Shown: piece by piece, positions 9,168 through 17,433 of the stretch
Position numbering within the stretch: position 1 is the stretch's first letter
Layout of the letters: every line of letters begins with the position of its first letter
NCBI GenBank assembly: GCA_050293845.1
Contig: JBNKNM010000021.1
Span: 1-48,988 of the forward strand
Direction of reading: 5' to 3'
Length of the DNA stretch: 48,988 nt
Origin: Pseudobacteriovorax sp.
Lineage (GTDB): Bacteria; Bdellovibrionota_B; Oligoflexia; Oligoflexales; Oligoflexaceae
Translations under genes and position numbers: made by a program
The notes under the pieces: model-generated
Database searches by the model: none
What the model was told of the DNA's origin: nothing
Seen by the model: the letters and a program-made list of their open reading frames with translations, nothing else

Positions 9168-10172
9168 TTGCATCACTTCTTGAAATATAACTTTGTGAAT
9201 GGGCGTCTAGGTGATCCCGCTATACTAGGACAGCTTGTCAAGCATGGGCAGAATATTCTATTTGACCTTGGGGACCTCACCGCTCTGTCTAAGAAGGATC
9301 TAAATAAAACACAGTATATCCTACTCAGTCACACTCACATGGACCATTTTATTGGATTCGAGCGCATTCTAAGAACTCATATACCCCATAGACGTCGCGT
9401 GACTATAGTGGGACCAACAGGAATAGCTCAGCAGGTACGGCATCGTATCTTGGGTTATACTTGGAATCTTATCGAAGATGATCAACTAGCTTATCAGATC
9501 CATGAGGTCTCGGATAATAGGATTGTAAAAAATTACATCATGAGCAAGGGCACTAATTTTGAAGTCATTGCCACTAAAACCACCCTTGCTATACCGGGCG
9601 CTAGCTATAAAGCTATCAACCTATCTCACCTAAATATTGACAGCATCGCATATCAATTGGTCTTCCCCACTTTCTGGAAGACAAACCTCGACAGGATACT
9701 GCAAGATGGCCTGTCACCCGGCCCCTGGATTAGCGAGGTGCAACAGCTAGGACCCGATCATCAGGGGGCACATCTGTCTATCTCTGGTAAAACCTTTGCA
9801 GTTAAGGATCTCATCCAGCGCTATTTCGAACCTCATTACAGATCCTGCTGCTATCTAACAGATGTTGGCTTTACTAAGGATAATCTAGATAAACTTCACC
9901 GGTATTTTTCTGATACCTATCTATTGTTTTGTGAGTCCAGCTTTCGTCATCTTGATGCATGGCGCGCACGGGAAAAAGCCCATCTCACCACAAAACAAGC
10001 GGCACTCATAGCTGCTTTACTGGGGGTAAAGGAGTTTGAACCGTTTCATTTCTCCAGTATATATGGGAAGGATGAGAAAACTACCTATGATGAAGCCATA
10101 GAGTATTGGGAGCAGTTCCGAGATTTAAGTCGCTCGGAACTTCACAAAGAAATTCAAGAAGAGTTAATGTAA
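9168..10172 (+). CDS. Metallo-beta-lactamase-fold hydrolase, RNase Z-like
   Basis: VNGRLGDP, LFDLGD, SHTHMDHFIG, YLTD, CES, HLT, FHFS. Confidence 0.8.
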   Translation: MHHFLKYNFVNGRLGDPAILGQLVKHGQNILFDLGDLTALSKKDLNKTQYILLSHTHMDHFIGFERILRTHIPHRRRVTIVGPTGIAQQVRHRILGYTWNLIEDDQLAYQIHEVSDNRIVKNYIMSKGTNFEVIATKTTLAIPGASYKAINLSHLNIDSIAYQLVFPTFWKTNLDRILQDGLSPGPWISEVQQLGPDHQGAHLSISGKTFAVKDLIQRYFEPHYRSCCYLTDVGFTKDNLDKLHRYFSDTYLLFCESSFRHLDAWRAREKAHLTTKQAALIAALLGVKEFEPFHFSSIYGKDEKTTYDEAIEYWEQFRDLSRSELHKEIQEELM

Positions 10173-10430
10173 ACAAGACTTGAGTATCATTTGGCTGTCG
10201 TCAGCTTCACCGTCTTCAAATTGGTCAAGGAGCTTGTTTAAATCACTCATGCCATCAAATTCTTCAAGGTCGAATATACCTTTTTCTTCCAGAATAGCCC
10301 TGACATTTTTAATAAACCCTACTACTGCCCCTTGATGTTGATTCAGAGAATTCAGTTCCTGCTTCAGTCGAAAAACCTGTGAACCTAATTCCATTACAGT
10401 GTATTCCAGCTGATCAATCCTATTGGACAT
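10164..10430 (-). CDS. Small acidic coiled-coil hypothetical protein
   Basis: AGGAG RBS; heptad-like N-terminus; ILEEKGIFDLEEF motif. Confidence 0.75.
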   Translation of the reverse strand: MSNRIDQLEYTVMELGSQVFRLKQELNSLNQHQGAVVGFIKNVRAILEEKGIFDLEEFDGMSDLNKLLDQFEDGEADDSQMILKSCLH

Positions 10431-10464
10431 AAAAACTCCTGATGATGTGACCTATTTAGAGTTC

Positions 10465-10491
10465 TAATCGGCGTTGATCCTATAAAGCTAA
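10465..10491 (-). promoter_or_regulatory. Sigma28-like promoter upstream of 10164..10430
   Basis: Minus strand TTAGCTTT-N11-GCCGATTA. Confidence 0.5.
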
Positions 10492-10541
10492 GAGCATTAA
10501 TTACCTACTTTGGAACCCTAGGATCAGGTGACACATAGATG

Positions 10542-12101
10542 CTAGCTGGTCTTTCTTTTTTCGAGGCCATACTTGTTAACTTTTGTTATAAGACCGGCAC
10601 GGCTAATCCCCAGTTCCTTGGCCAACCGCGACTTATTCCACCCAGTTCGGTTGAGTCCTTCTAGAATCATCTGCTTTTCCAGAGATTCCAGGGAATCTTT
10701 AAGATTACCGTTGACTCTCAATCCTGGGAATTTCTTGCTAGTGGCTTCTTTTATACGCGGTGAAAGGTAATCTTCAACAACCATAGTTTTTTCACCCGCC
10801 AAGACACAGAGTCTCTCCACTTCATTTTCTAATTCACGCACATTTCCAGGCCAATCATGATCCATCAGTTTTTCTAAACAGGACTTATCGATAGTTTTCT
10901 TAGGAGTTTTGGAGTTTTTTGCAAATTTTTCCAAAAAGTGATCGACAAGCAACAAAATGTCCTCTTTTCGATCTCGGAGCATGGGGACGAGTACATTGAT
11001 GACGTTGAGCCGATAAAATAAATCTTCTCGAAACTCGCCTGTCTTTACCATTTCACCAAGGTTTTTATTGGTAGCCGCTAATACCCTTACATTACCCTTA
11101 CGCACTTCTGTGCTTCCTACCGGGGTGAAGGTACCCTCTTGAAGAACTCGCAGCAATTTGACCTGCATCTGCATCGAAGTATCTCCTATCTCATCAAGAA
11201 ATAGGGTGCCACCATCAGCGGCTTCGAAAAGTCCCTTTTTGTCCTTCACAGCACCCGTAAAAGATCCTTTTATATGGCCAAATAACTCTGATTCAAGAAG
11301 ATTTTCATTAAAGGCCCCACAGTTAACAACCAAAAATTTTCTGCTTTTTCGTTTTGAATTATAGTGCAATGCCTTTGCAATCAGCTCTTTACCAGTACCG
11401 TTCGAGCCTTGGATCAGAACTGTGGCATCAGAGTCACATATACGCTCCAGTAGACGATAGAGTTCCTGCATCGGCAGTGATTTACCGATCATCTGATCAA
11501 ATCCGTAGCGGACCCCCAGTTCCTTAGAAAGTTCACTGACCCTCGATTTCTCATCGTCCAAGAATTTATGCATCACCAATATTTCGTCAACCACCAAAGT
11601 AATCAACTCGCTTAGATAACGAATTTCTTTTGCAGATAACACAGGAAGGTTATCGATTTCATTAAGTAGATCCTTGCTATCAGGGAAGTCTCGTTCTAGA
11701 TAGGAGCGAATAATCGCTTTTTGCTCTGCAGCGGTGTCTGAATCAATAAAGCCATCACCAAAAACGGTACCCATAAAATCCCCATTAACATGAATAGGGA
11801 CAGAGATCACTGAAAAACCTGTAGGATCTCGGGTGATCCGCGGTTTCTTGCTTGATATGGACTCCACTGTTGTCTGTCGTGCCGTAGCTACACGCTTAGC
11901 AAAACCTTTATCGTCGGCAACTATCGCCTGACAAATGGGGTTGAGAGGATTAAAAAACCTTCCCTCAGGAACTCCACGTAGAAATCCTCGCTTATCGGTG
12001 AAATTGATCTGAACGCTCCACCACTTGCCAATTATCTCTTTCAACTTGCGAATAACGTGAATTTTATCAAAGTCTTCCCAGCGAACTTTTTCGTTGCTCA
12101 T
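10542..12101 (-). CDS. Sigma54-dependent enhancer-binding protein with PocR-like sensor and Fis-type HTH
   Basis: GSNGTGKE, ESELFGH, GSFTGA, LFLDEIG, FREDLFYRLNV, WPGNVRELEN, C-terminal HTH; N-terminal NPIC...SVPIHVNGDFMG PocR-like region. Confidence 0.92.
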   Translation of the reverse strand: MSNEKVRWEDFDKIHVIRKLKEIIGKWWSVQINFTDKRGFLRGVPEGRFFNPLNPICQAIVADDKGFAKRVATARQTTVESISSKKPRITRDPTGFSVISVPIHVNGDFMGTVFGDGFIDSDTAAEQKAIIRSYLERDFPDSKDLLNEIDNLPVLSAKEIRYLSELITLVVDEILVMHKFLDDEKSRVSELSKELGVRYGFDQMIGKSLPMQELYRLLERICDSDATVLIQGSNGTGKELIAKALHYNSKRKSRKFLVVNCGAFNENLLESELFGHIKGSFTGAVKDKKGLFEAADGGTLFLDEIGDTSMQMQVKLLRVLQEGTFTPVGSTEVRKGNVRVLAATNKNLGEMVKTGEFREDLFYRLNVINVLVPMLRDRKEDILLLVDHFLEKFAKNSKTPKKTIDKSCLEKLMDHDWPGNVRELENEVERLCVLAGEKTMVVEDYLSPRIKEATSKKFPGLRVNGNLKDSLESLEKQMILEGLNRTGWNKSRLAKELGISRAGLITKVNKYGLEKRKTS

Positions 12102-12124
12102 TCATAACTCCCAATGGTCTCATA

Positions 12125-12147
12125 TCACCCTGAAAGTGTCAGGGTGA
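12125..12147. repeat. Perfect 9-bp inverted repeat in the leader of the sigma54 activator
   Basis: TCACCCTGA-aagtg-TCAGGGTGA. Confidence 0.8.
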
Positions 12148-12172
12148 AGACAGTTTGCGGTAGCATTAGGAG

Positions 12173-12200
12173 TTATCGGCCAAATCGGCCAGAAACTTTA
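12173..12200 (-). promoter_or_regulatory. Sigma28 (FliA/SigD) promoter upstream of the sigma54 activator
   Basis: Minus strand TAAAGTTT-N12-GCCGATAA (TAAA-N16-GCCGATAA); both boxes match consensus exactly. Confidence 0.8.
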
Positions 12201-12274
12201 CAGTCTTTACGTCAATAAATTCATGCAGTTACTAAAAAGTGCCTGAAATTTGATACTCACTGTAAGGTAGGTAG

Positions 12275-12910
12275 TCAGCCATGGTGGCGAAATGTAAACT
12301 CTCCTTTTTTTGAAAATATAAATATTTTCTTATCGTTAGGAGAAAATTTTGGATTTTTAAACACAAATTGTGTGTAATTTTCATCCATGTATTCGATTTT
12401 GATACCGCGAACGTATTTTTCTTGGTCAGAAATCTTAATTTCAATTTGACTGATGTCAGTAGCAGCTCCCACCCGTGGTCTGAGTGTCAAAACTGTCTGC
12501 CCTTTAGCTTTGGAACTATTCACTAGATCGTATCGATTACTAAGGGTCTGGGGATCAAGAACGAGGCTCACCACTTCATTCAATTCTCGCGCTAATCCGA
12601 TATTTGCATTATAGTTGGTAACCAGCTTTTCATTGGCACGAAAATGGGTCAGAGTTTTACCGTTATAATAGAACTCCTCAGAGCCCAACTGTTCGCTCAT
12701 AAAGTTCCATCGGAAGAAATTGGGTTTTGAAAAATATGCCGTACCTGATCTGTTAATTTTTCGATTGCGTAGCTTCTTGTAGATTGTCTGAGAGAAGTCG
12801 ACCTCCATATGATCGATATTTTTGAACAAGTCATTATGCTTGCTCCTCAGATCATCTCCGTAGACCAAGCAGCTTGCCATCGCTAAGATAGATACTAACA
12901 GTGCTTTCAA
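12275..12910 (-). CDS. lolA: Outer-membrane lipoprotein carrier protein LolA family
   Basis: Signal peptide, DFSQT, G..YFSKPNFFRW, YNGKTL, C-terminal F.F. Confidence 0.8.
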   Translation of the reverse strand: MKALLVSILAMASCLVYGDDLRSKHNDLFKNIDHMEVDFSQTIYKKLRNRKINRSGTAYFSKPNFFRWNFMSEQLGSEEFYYNGKTLTHFRANEKLVTNYNANIGLARELNEVVSLVLDPQTLSNRYDLVNSSKAKGQTVLTLRPRVGAATDISQIEIKISDQEKYVRGIKIEYMDENYTQFVFKNPKFSPNDKKIFIFSKKGEFTFRHHG

Positions 12911-12911
12911 A

Positions 12912-13421
12912 CTAATCTCCTCGTTGGGTTTCTACAAAATTCAAAAGTTTCTGTAAGGCTATTAAGCATACCATGGATCGATTCCTGAGCCGATCCTTCG
13001 TTAAAGAAAGCCTTTCAACTTTGCAAGTATGATGCGACCCAAATGCTAGGTAAATTGTGCCAACCGGCTTATCGGGAGTTCCCCCACTTGGTCCTGCAAC
13101 CCCAGTAACAGCTATAGAAAAATCTGCATGAAAAAGGTCTAAGGCTCCCTGAGCCATCTGTTCAGCCACTTGAGCCGAAACTGCACCGTATTGATGCAAA
13201 GCTGTAGGGTTTATATTCAATAAATCAATTTTAGCTTGATTGCTATATACATTGACTCCTCCCATAAAAAACTGGGACGAACCAGCGTGATGGGTCAAAG
13301 TCGCTGCTAATAGACCGCTGGTGCAACTTTCGGCAGTAGCTAGTTTTAACCTGTTGGTGATAAAATTTTGCTGAATAATTTTAGCTGATTCAATACAATG
13401 TTCACTATTGTCAATAAGCAT
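12912..13421 (-). CDS. pncC: CinA C-terminal domain / nicotinamide-nucleotide amidohydrolase
   Basis: ATAESCTSGL, AGSS, YSNQAK, GAVSAQVAEQMAQG, VTGVAGPSGG, KPVGT; GGAG RBS supports ATG 13421. Confidence 0.88.
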   Translation of the reverse strand: MLIDNSEHCIESAKIIQQNFITNRLKLATAESCTSGLLAATLTHHAGSSQFFMGGVNVYSNQAKIDLLNINPTALHQYGAVSAQVAEQMAQGALDLFHADFSIAVTGVAGPSGGTPDKPVGTIYLAFGSHHTCKVERLSLTKDRLRNRSMVCLIALQKLLNFVETQRGD

Positions 13422-13552
13422 AGAAATGTCTCCAAACAACCGATGCGAGGCTTTTTTATCGCTATTTGTAAAAAACTGAATTATTGTCCTTGCAAGACAA
13501 TTTAATATCAACTTAGACCATTTATTTCTTCAATTTTTAAGGAGCTGTCGCC

Positions 13553-15220
13553 ATGAGCCATACCTGGCTACAACATTATCCTGCGAATGTTAACTCTGAG
13601 ATTGAAATCCCCTCTGATTTAGACATAGCTGGAAAAATCGAGGCGACCTGTCGTCAATATGCTCATAAAGTCGCATTGTCTTGCATGGGAACTGATATCA
13701 GTTTTCGCCAGTTTGACCGACTTGGGTCTGACTTTGCAGCTTTTCTGCAAAAGAAGGTGGGTTTGAAGAAAGGCGAAAGAGTCGCAATCATGCTTCCAAA
13801 CACAATACAGTTTCCCGTAAGCATGTTGGGAGTTTTAAAAGTCGGGGGCATTTGCGTTAACACCAATCCCCTTTACACCGCACGAGAAATGCGCCATCAG
13901 TTCAAGGACAGCGGTGCTAAAGTTATCGTGATCATGGATTTGTTTTTAGACAAGCTAGAAGAAATTATAGGCGACACCGATATCGAGCATGTTGTGGTCA
14001 CTGGTATTGGCGACCAGCTTCCCATATGGAAAGGTGCATTAGTCTCTTCCGTATTGAAATTAAAAGGTATGGTTCCTAAGCACAAACTAAAAGTGACGCG
14101 ATTTAAGGAGGCCATTAAGCTTGGCTCTCGTGAAAAGTATGAGCGTATCAAGAGTGAGCTTGAAGATGTTGCAATCTTGCAGTACACGGGTGGCACCACA
14201 GGGGTGTCAAAAGGCGCAATGCTCACACAGCGGAACGTTCTTTCCAATATGTTTCAGATTCAGGAGTGGTCTAAACCATATCTGCTGAAAGGTGATGAAA
14301 CGATTCTCACAGCGCTACCCCTCTACCACATATTCGCTCTTACTGTGAACTTTCTCTCTTTTTTCACCCTAGGTGGTCAGATGGTCCTTGTTCCTCGCCC
14401 CGTTCCCATCGAAAACACAATCAAGATTTTCAAAAAGTATAAAATATCCGTCATGACTGGTGTTAACACCTTACTGAATGCCATGATAAATGACGAGAGA
14501 TTTCAAAAACTAGCTCCCCGCGACATGAAGATTTGCCTTGCGGGTGGTATGGCATTGCAGTCCAAGGTTGCTAAAGAATTTCAAAATATTACTGGTACCC
14601 AGGTTATCGAAGGTTTTGGCTTAACGGAAGCCTCCCCTGTCACCCACTGTAATCCACTTCATATTGCAGCTCCCCTGGGTTCCATTGGTCTTCCGCTGCC
14701 CTCAACAGAATCGAAGGTTGTGGACCCCGATGGCAATGAACTTAGTCCGGGAGAAGTTGGTGAACTCATCGTTCGAGGACCTCAAGTCATGAAAGGATAC
14801 TGGCAGCGCGATGATGAAACTCAGAAGACACTCAAGGATGGCTGGCTTTGGACTGGGGACATGGCAACCATGGATGAGTCTGGCTTTTTCTTCATAGTCG
14901 ATCGTAAAAAAGACATGATTTTGGTATCGGGCTTCAACGTATACCCCAACGAAGTTGAGGAAGTTTTATCGTCCCACCCCAGAGTCTTAGAAGCGGCAGT
15001 CATTGGTGTGGAAAGTGCTTCTAGCGGTGAAACTGTGAAAGCCTTTATTGTTAAGAAAGATGACAGTATCACGGAAGAAGATCTGAAAGAATATTGCGAG
15101 AAGAATCTCGCAGGTTATAAGCGCCCTAAAATCTATTCTTTCGTAAATGAGCTTCCCAAAACAAATGTAGGAAAAATTCTCCGCAGGGAGCTGCGGGAAG
15201 AAGTAAAAAAGGAAGCGTGA
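13553..15220 (+). CDS. fadD: Long-chain-fatty-acid--CoA ligase
   Basis: LQYTGGTTGVSKGAML, LPLYHIFAL, EGFGLTEASP, VDRKKDMILVSGFNVYP, LPKTNVGKILRR. Confidence 0.93.
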   Translation: MSHTWLQHYPANVNSEIEIPSDLDIAGKIEATCRQYAHKVALSCMGTDISFRQFDRLGSDFAAFLQKKVGLKKGERVAIMLPNTIQFPVSMLGVLKVGGICVNTNPLYTAREMRHQFKDSGAKVIVIMDLFLDKLEEIIGDTDIEHVVVTGIGDQLPIWKGALVSSVLKLKGMVPKHKLKVTRFKEAIKLGSREKYERIKSELEDVAILQYTGGTTGVSKGAMLTQRNVLSNMFQIQEWSKPYLLKGDETILTALPLYHIFALTVNFLSFFTLGGQMVLVPRPVPIENTIKIFKKYKISVMTGVNTLLNAMINDERFQKLAPRDMKICLAGGMALQSKVAKEFQNITGTQVIEGFGLTEASPVTHCNPLHIAAPLGSIGLPLPSTESKVVDPDGNELSPGEVGELIVRGPQVMKGYWQRDDETQKTLKDGWLWTGDMATMDESGFFFIVDRKKDMILVSGFNVYPNEVEEVLSSHPRVLEAAVIGVESASSGETVKAFIVKKDDSITEEDLKEYCEKNLAGYKRPKIYSFVNELPKTNVGKILRRELREEVKKEA

Positions 15221-15247
15221 ATCCGACTCTAAACGCAGCGAGAATAT

Positions 15248-15275
15248 AAAGCCAGCAGTAGCTGGCTTTGTTTTT
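15248..15275. terminator. Probable bidirectional intrinsic terminator between fadD and flagellin
   Basis: AAAGCCAGC-agta-GCTGGCTTT followed by GTTTTT, between convergent genes. Confidence 0.75.
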
Positions 15276-16194
15276 AACGTAGCATTTGCAATACGATTTC
15301 CGGTTGGGTATTGGCATGGGTCAAGACTGAGGCCCCAGCCGTAGAAAGAATCTTCGCCTGAGTAAATTTAGCTGTTTCTGCTGCGAAATCCACATCGCGA
15401 ATCCGACTGTTAGCGGCGGCTAAGTTTTCTGAAGAAACCTCAATATTTTGGATAGCACTATTCAGCCGTGACTGTACAGAGCCTAGAGTTGAGCGATAGG
15501 AAGCGACCTCGTTTAAAGCTGTATCTAGGACGTTAAATAAGGAATCGGTACCATCTGGTCCTAAATCAGAAGCCCCACCATCATCCGAGTTTGGCACTAC
15601 TGAAAGGTCACTATCAGTGACATCAGCGAGGGCAGTATTAAGAACCTCGAGTTCTTCCAAGTCAATAGAGATAACATCTGAATCATTATCAGGGTCAATA
15701 TCGGGAGCTGACCCTTCAACATTTGCACGATTTGAGGCTCCCACGAAAATCCTCATCGACTGGCCACCATCTTCGGCATTCAAAACTTTTCTTCCATTAA
15801 ATTCTGTCGAGTCAGCAATACGCCCCACTTCGGACACAAGCTGTTGAAATTCTTTGTCAAGAAACTGCCGTTCACGATTACCTATGGTATCCGAAGCAGC
15901 TTGAGACCCCAATTGCCTCATGCGCACCATAATATTGGTAATCTCATTCAAACCACCCTCGGCGACTTGAATATAGCTGATACCATCATTGGCATTGCGC
16001 TTGGCAACGTCCAAACTGGCTATCCGTGAGCGGATTCGTTCGGAAACGGCCAAACCGGCGGCATCATCGGCAGATTTGTTGATACGCTGGCCCGAAGCCA
16101 ATTTCTCAATGGACTTGGTCATCTCGCGTCTGTTATCGCTTAGTTTTTTCTGAGCGATTAAAGACTCCACATTGGTTTTAATGCGAACTCCCAT
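15274..16194 (-). CDS. fliC: Flagellin (short, acidic variable region)
   Basis: LASGQRINKSADDAAGLAVS, RNANDGIS, LGSVQSRL, SRIRDVDFAAE. Confidence 0.97.
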   Translation of the reverse strand: MGVRIKTNVESLIAQKKLSDNRREMTKSIEKLASGQRINKSADDAAGLAVSERIRSRIASLDVAKRNANDGISYIQVAEGGLNEITNIMVRMRQLGSQAASDTIGNRERQFLDKEFQQLVSEVGRIADSTEFNGRKVLNAEDGGQSMRIFVGASNRANVEGSAPDIDPDNDSDVISIDLEELEVLNTALADVTDSDLSVVPNSDDGGASDLGPDGTDSLFNVLDTALNEVASYRSTLGSVQSRLNSAIQNIEVSSENLAAANSRIRDVDFAAETAKFTQAKILSTAGASVLTHANTQPEIVLQMLR

Positions 16195-16216
16195 TTGAAC
16201 CTCCTTGTAATATGCG

Positions 16217-17092
16217 TTAACGAATTAATTGCAACGCCATATCTGGCGTCTGATTGGCTTGTGTCAGCACCGAAAGTGAGGATTGCTGCAGCACTCGGGA
16301 TTGGGTGAGACGCGACGACTCTTCCGCAAAGTCCACATCGCGTATGCGACTGTTAGCTGTTTGTAGGTTTTCATTTTGGATCGAAAGGTTACCGACAGCG
16401 GTATTGAGGCGACTTTGGACAGCACCCAGGGTAGCCCTTTCACTTGAGACCCTATTGATAGCGTCATCGATATCGTTGAGCTTGCTGACGATAACCTCAC
16501 GGTCTATGCTCCCGTCTAAAGTAGCAGGCCCTATCTCCTCTTCACGCCCTAGGTTTAAACCTTCAACATTAAGGGTCTTTAAACCCTCAAGACTCAAAGT
16601 GATGGTGTCCTGATTTTCCTCCACAGCACTGCCATTGACGCCAACTTGGATGACTAGTTGATCCTTTTGATCCGCATCAAAGAGCTTTAGTGTATTGAAT
16701 TCGGTAGTTGCTGAAATGCGATCTATCTCATCAACAAGCTGGGTATACTCGCGGTTAAGATAGCTGCGTTCCTGATCACCAATAGTATCGGAAGCTGATT
16801 GGATGGTAAGCTCACGCATGCGCACCAGGATATTGCCTATCTCATTCATAGAGCCTTCCGCTACTTGAATCATAGAAACAGCATCGTTAGCGTTTCGTTT
16901 TGCTTGGTTCAAACCACGAACTTTAGCTCGAATACTTTCTGAAATAGCCAAACCAGCAGCATCATCTGCTGACTTATTGATGCGGTAGCCGGATGATAGC
17001 CGCTCCAAACTTTGCCGCATTTCTTTTGAATTGTTTTGTGCAAATCGTTGGGCTGTGAGTGAAGATACGTTGGTACGGATACGTAATCCCAT
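16217..17092 (-). CDS. fliC: Flagellin (short)
   Basis: MGLRIRTN start after AAGGAGG; LSSGYRINKSADDAAGLAIS, LGAVQSRL, SRIRDVDFAEE. Confidence 0.97.
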   Translation of the reverse strand: MGLRIRTNVSSLTAQRFAQNNSKEMRQSLERLSSGYRINKSADDAAGLAISESIRAKVRGLNQAKRNANDAVSMIQVAEGSMNEIGNILVRMRELTIQSASDTIGDQERSYLNREYTQLVDEIDRISATTEFNTLKLFDADQKDQLVIQVGVNGSAVEENQDTITLSLEGLKTLNVEGLNLGREEEIGPATLDGSIDREVIVSKLNDIDDAINRVSSERATLGAVQSRLNTAVGNLSIQNENLQTANSRIRDVDFAEESSRLTQSRVLQQSSLSVLTQANQTPDMALQLIR

Positions 17093-17128
17093 GATTTCCT
17101 CCTTGAAGTATTCCTTTTTTGGATAGGC

Positions 17129-17168
17129 TAGCAACCGTGCTAACCTGTTCACTTGCAACCTTGCAAGT
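17129..17168 (-). promoter_or_regulatory. Two tandem hairpins in the flagellin 5' leader (CsrA-site-like)
   Basis: mRNA ACUUGCA-AGGU-UGCAAGU and UAGCA-CGGU-UGCUA. Confidence 0.6.
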
Positions 17169-17178
17169 ACAGGGAGCT

Positions 17179-17205
17179 ATGTCGAGTTATTTTGCGAAAA
17201 CTTAA
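17179..17205 (-). promoter_or_regulatory. Sigma28-like promoter of the flagellin pair
   Basis: Minus strand TTAAGTTT-N11-CTCGACAT, directly upstream of the flagellin leader. Confidence 0.6.
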
Positions 17206-17433
17206 ATATTATTTTATATAATTAAAAATAAAAGAGGAATTCTCAGTAAATCAGGGGTACTGAATTCTTAAGTAAAAACAGTAGATTATGTTGATAATTA
17301 AACATAAAAAGGGGATTTATAGTACTTAATCAAGCTCTTATAGAACCCTAAACAATCATTTTTCACATCTGGGTTAGATTTTAGGAATACATTCATTTAG
17401 AGTAAGAGCCCGGAAATCACAGGGACAGAGAAG

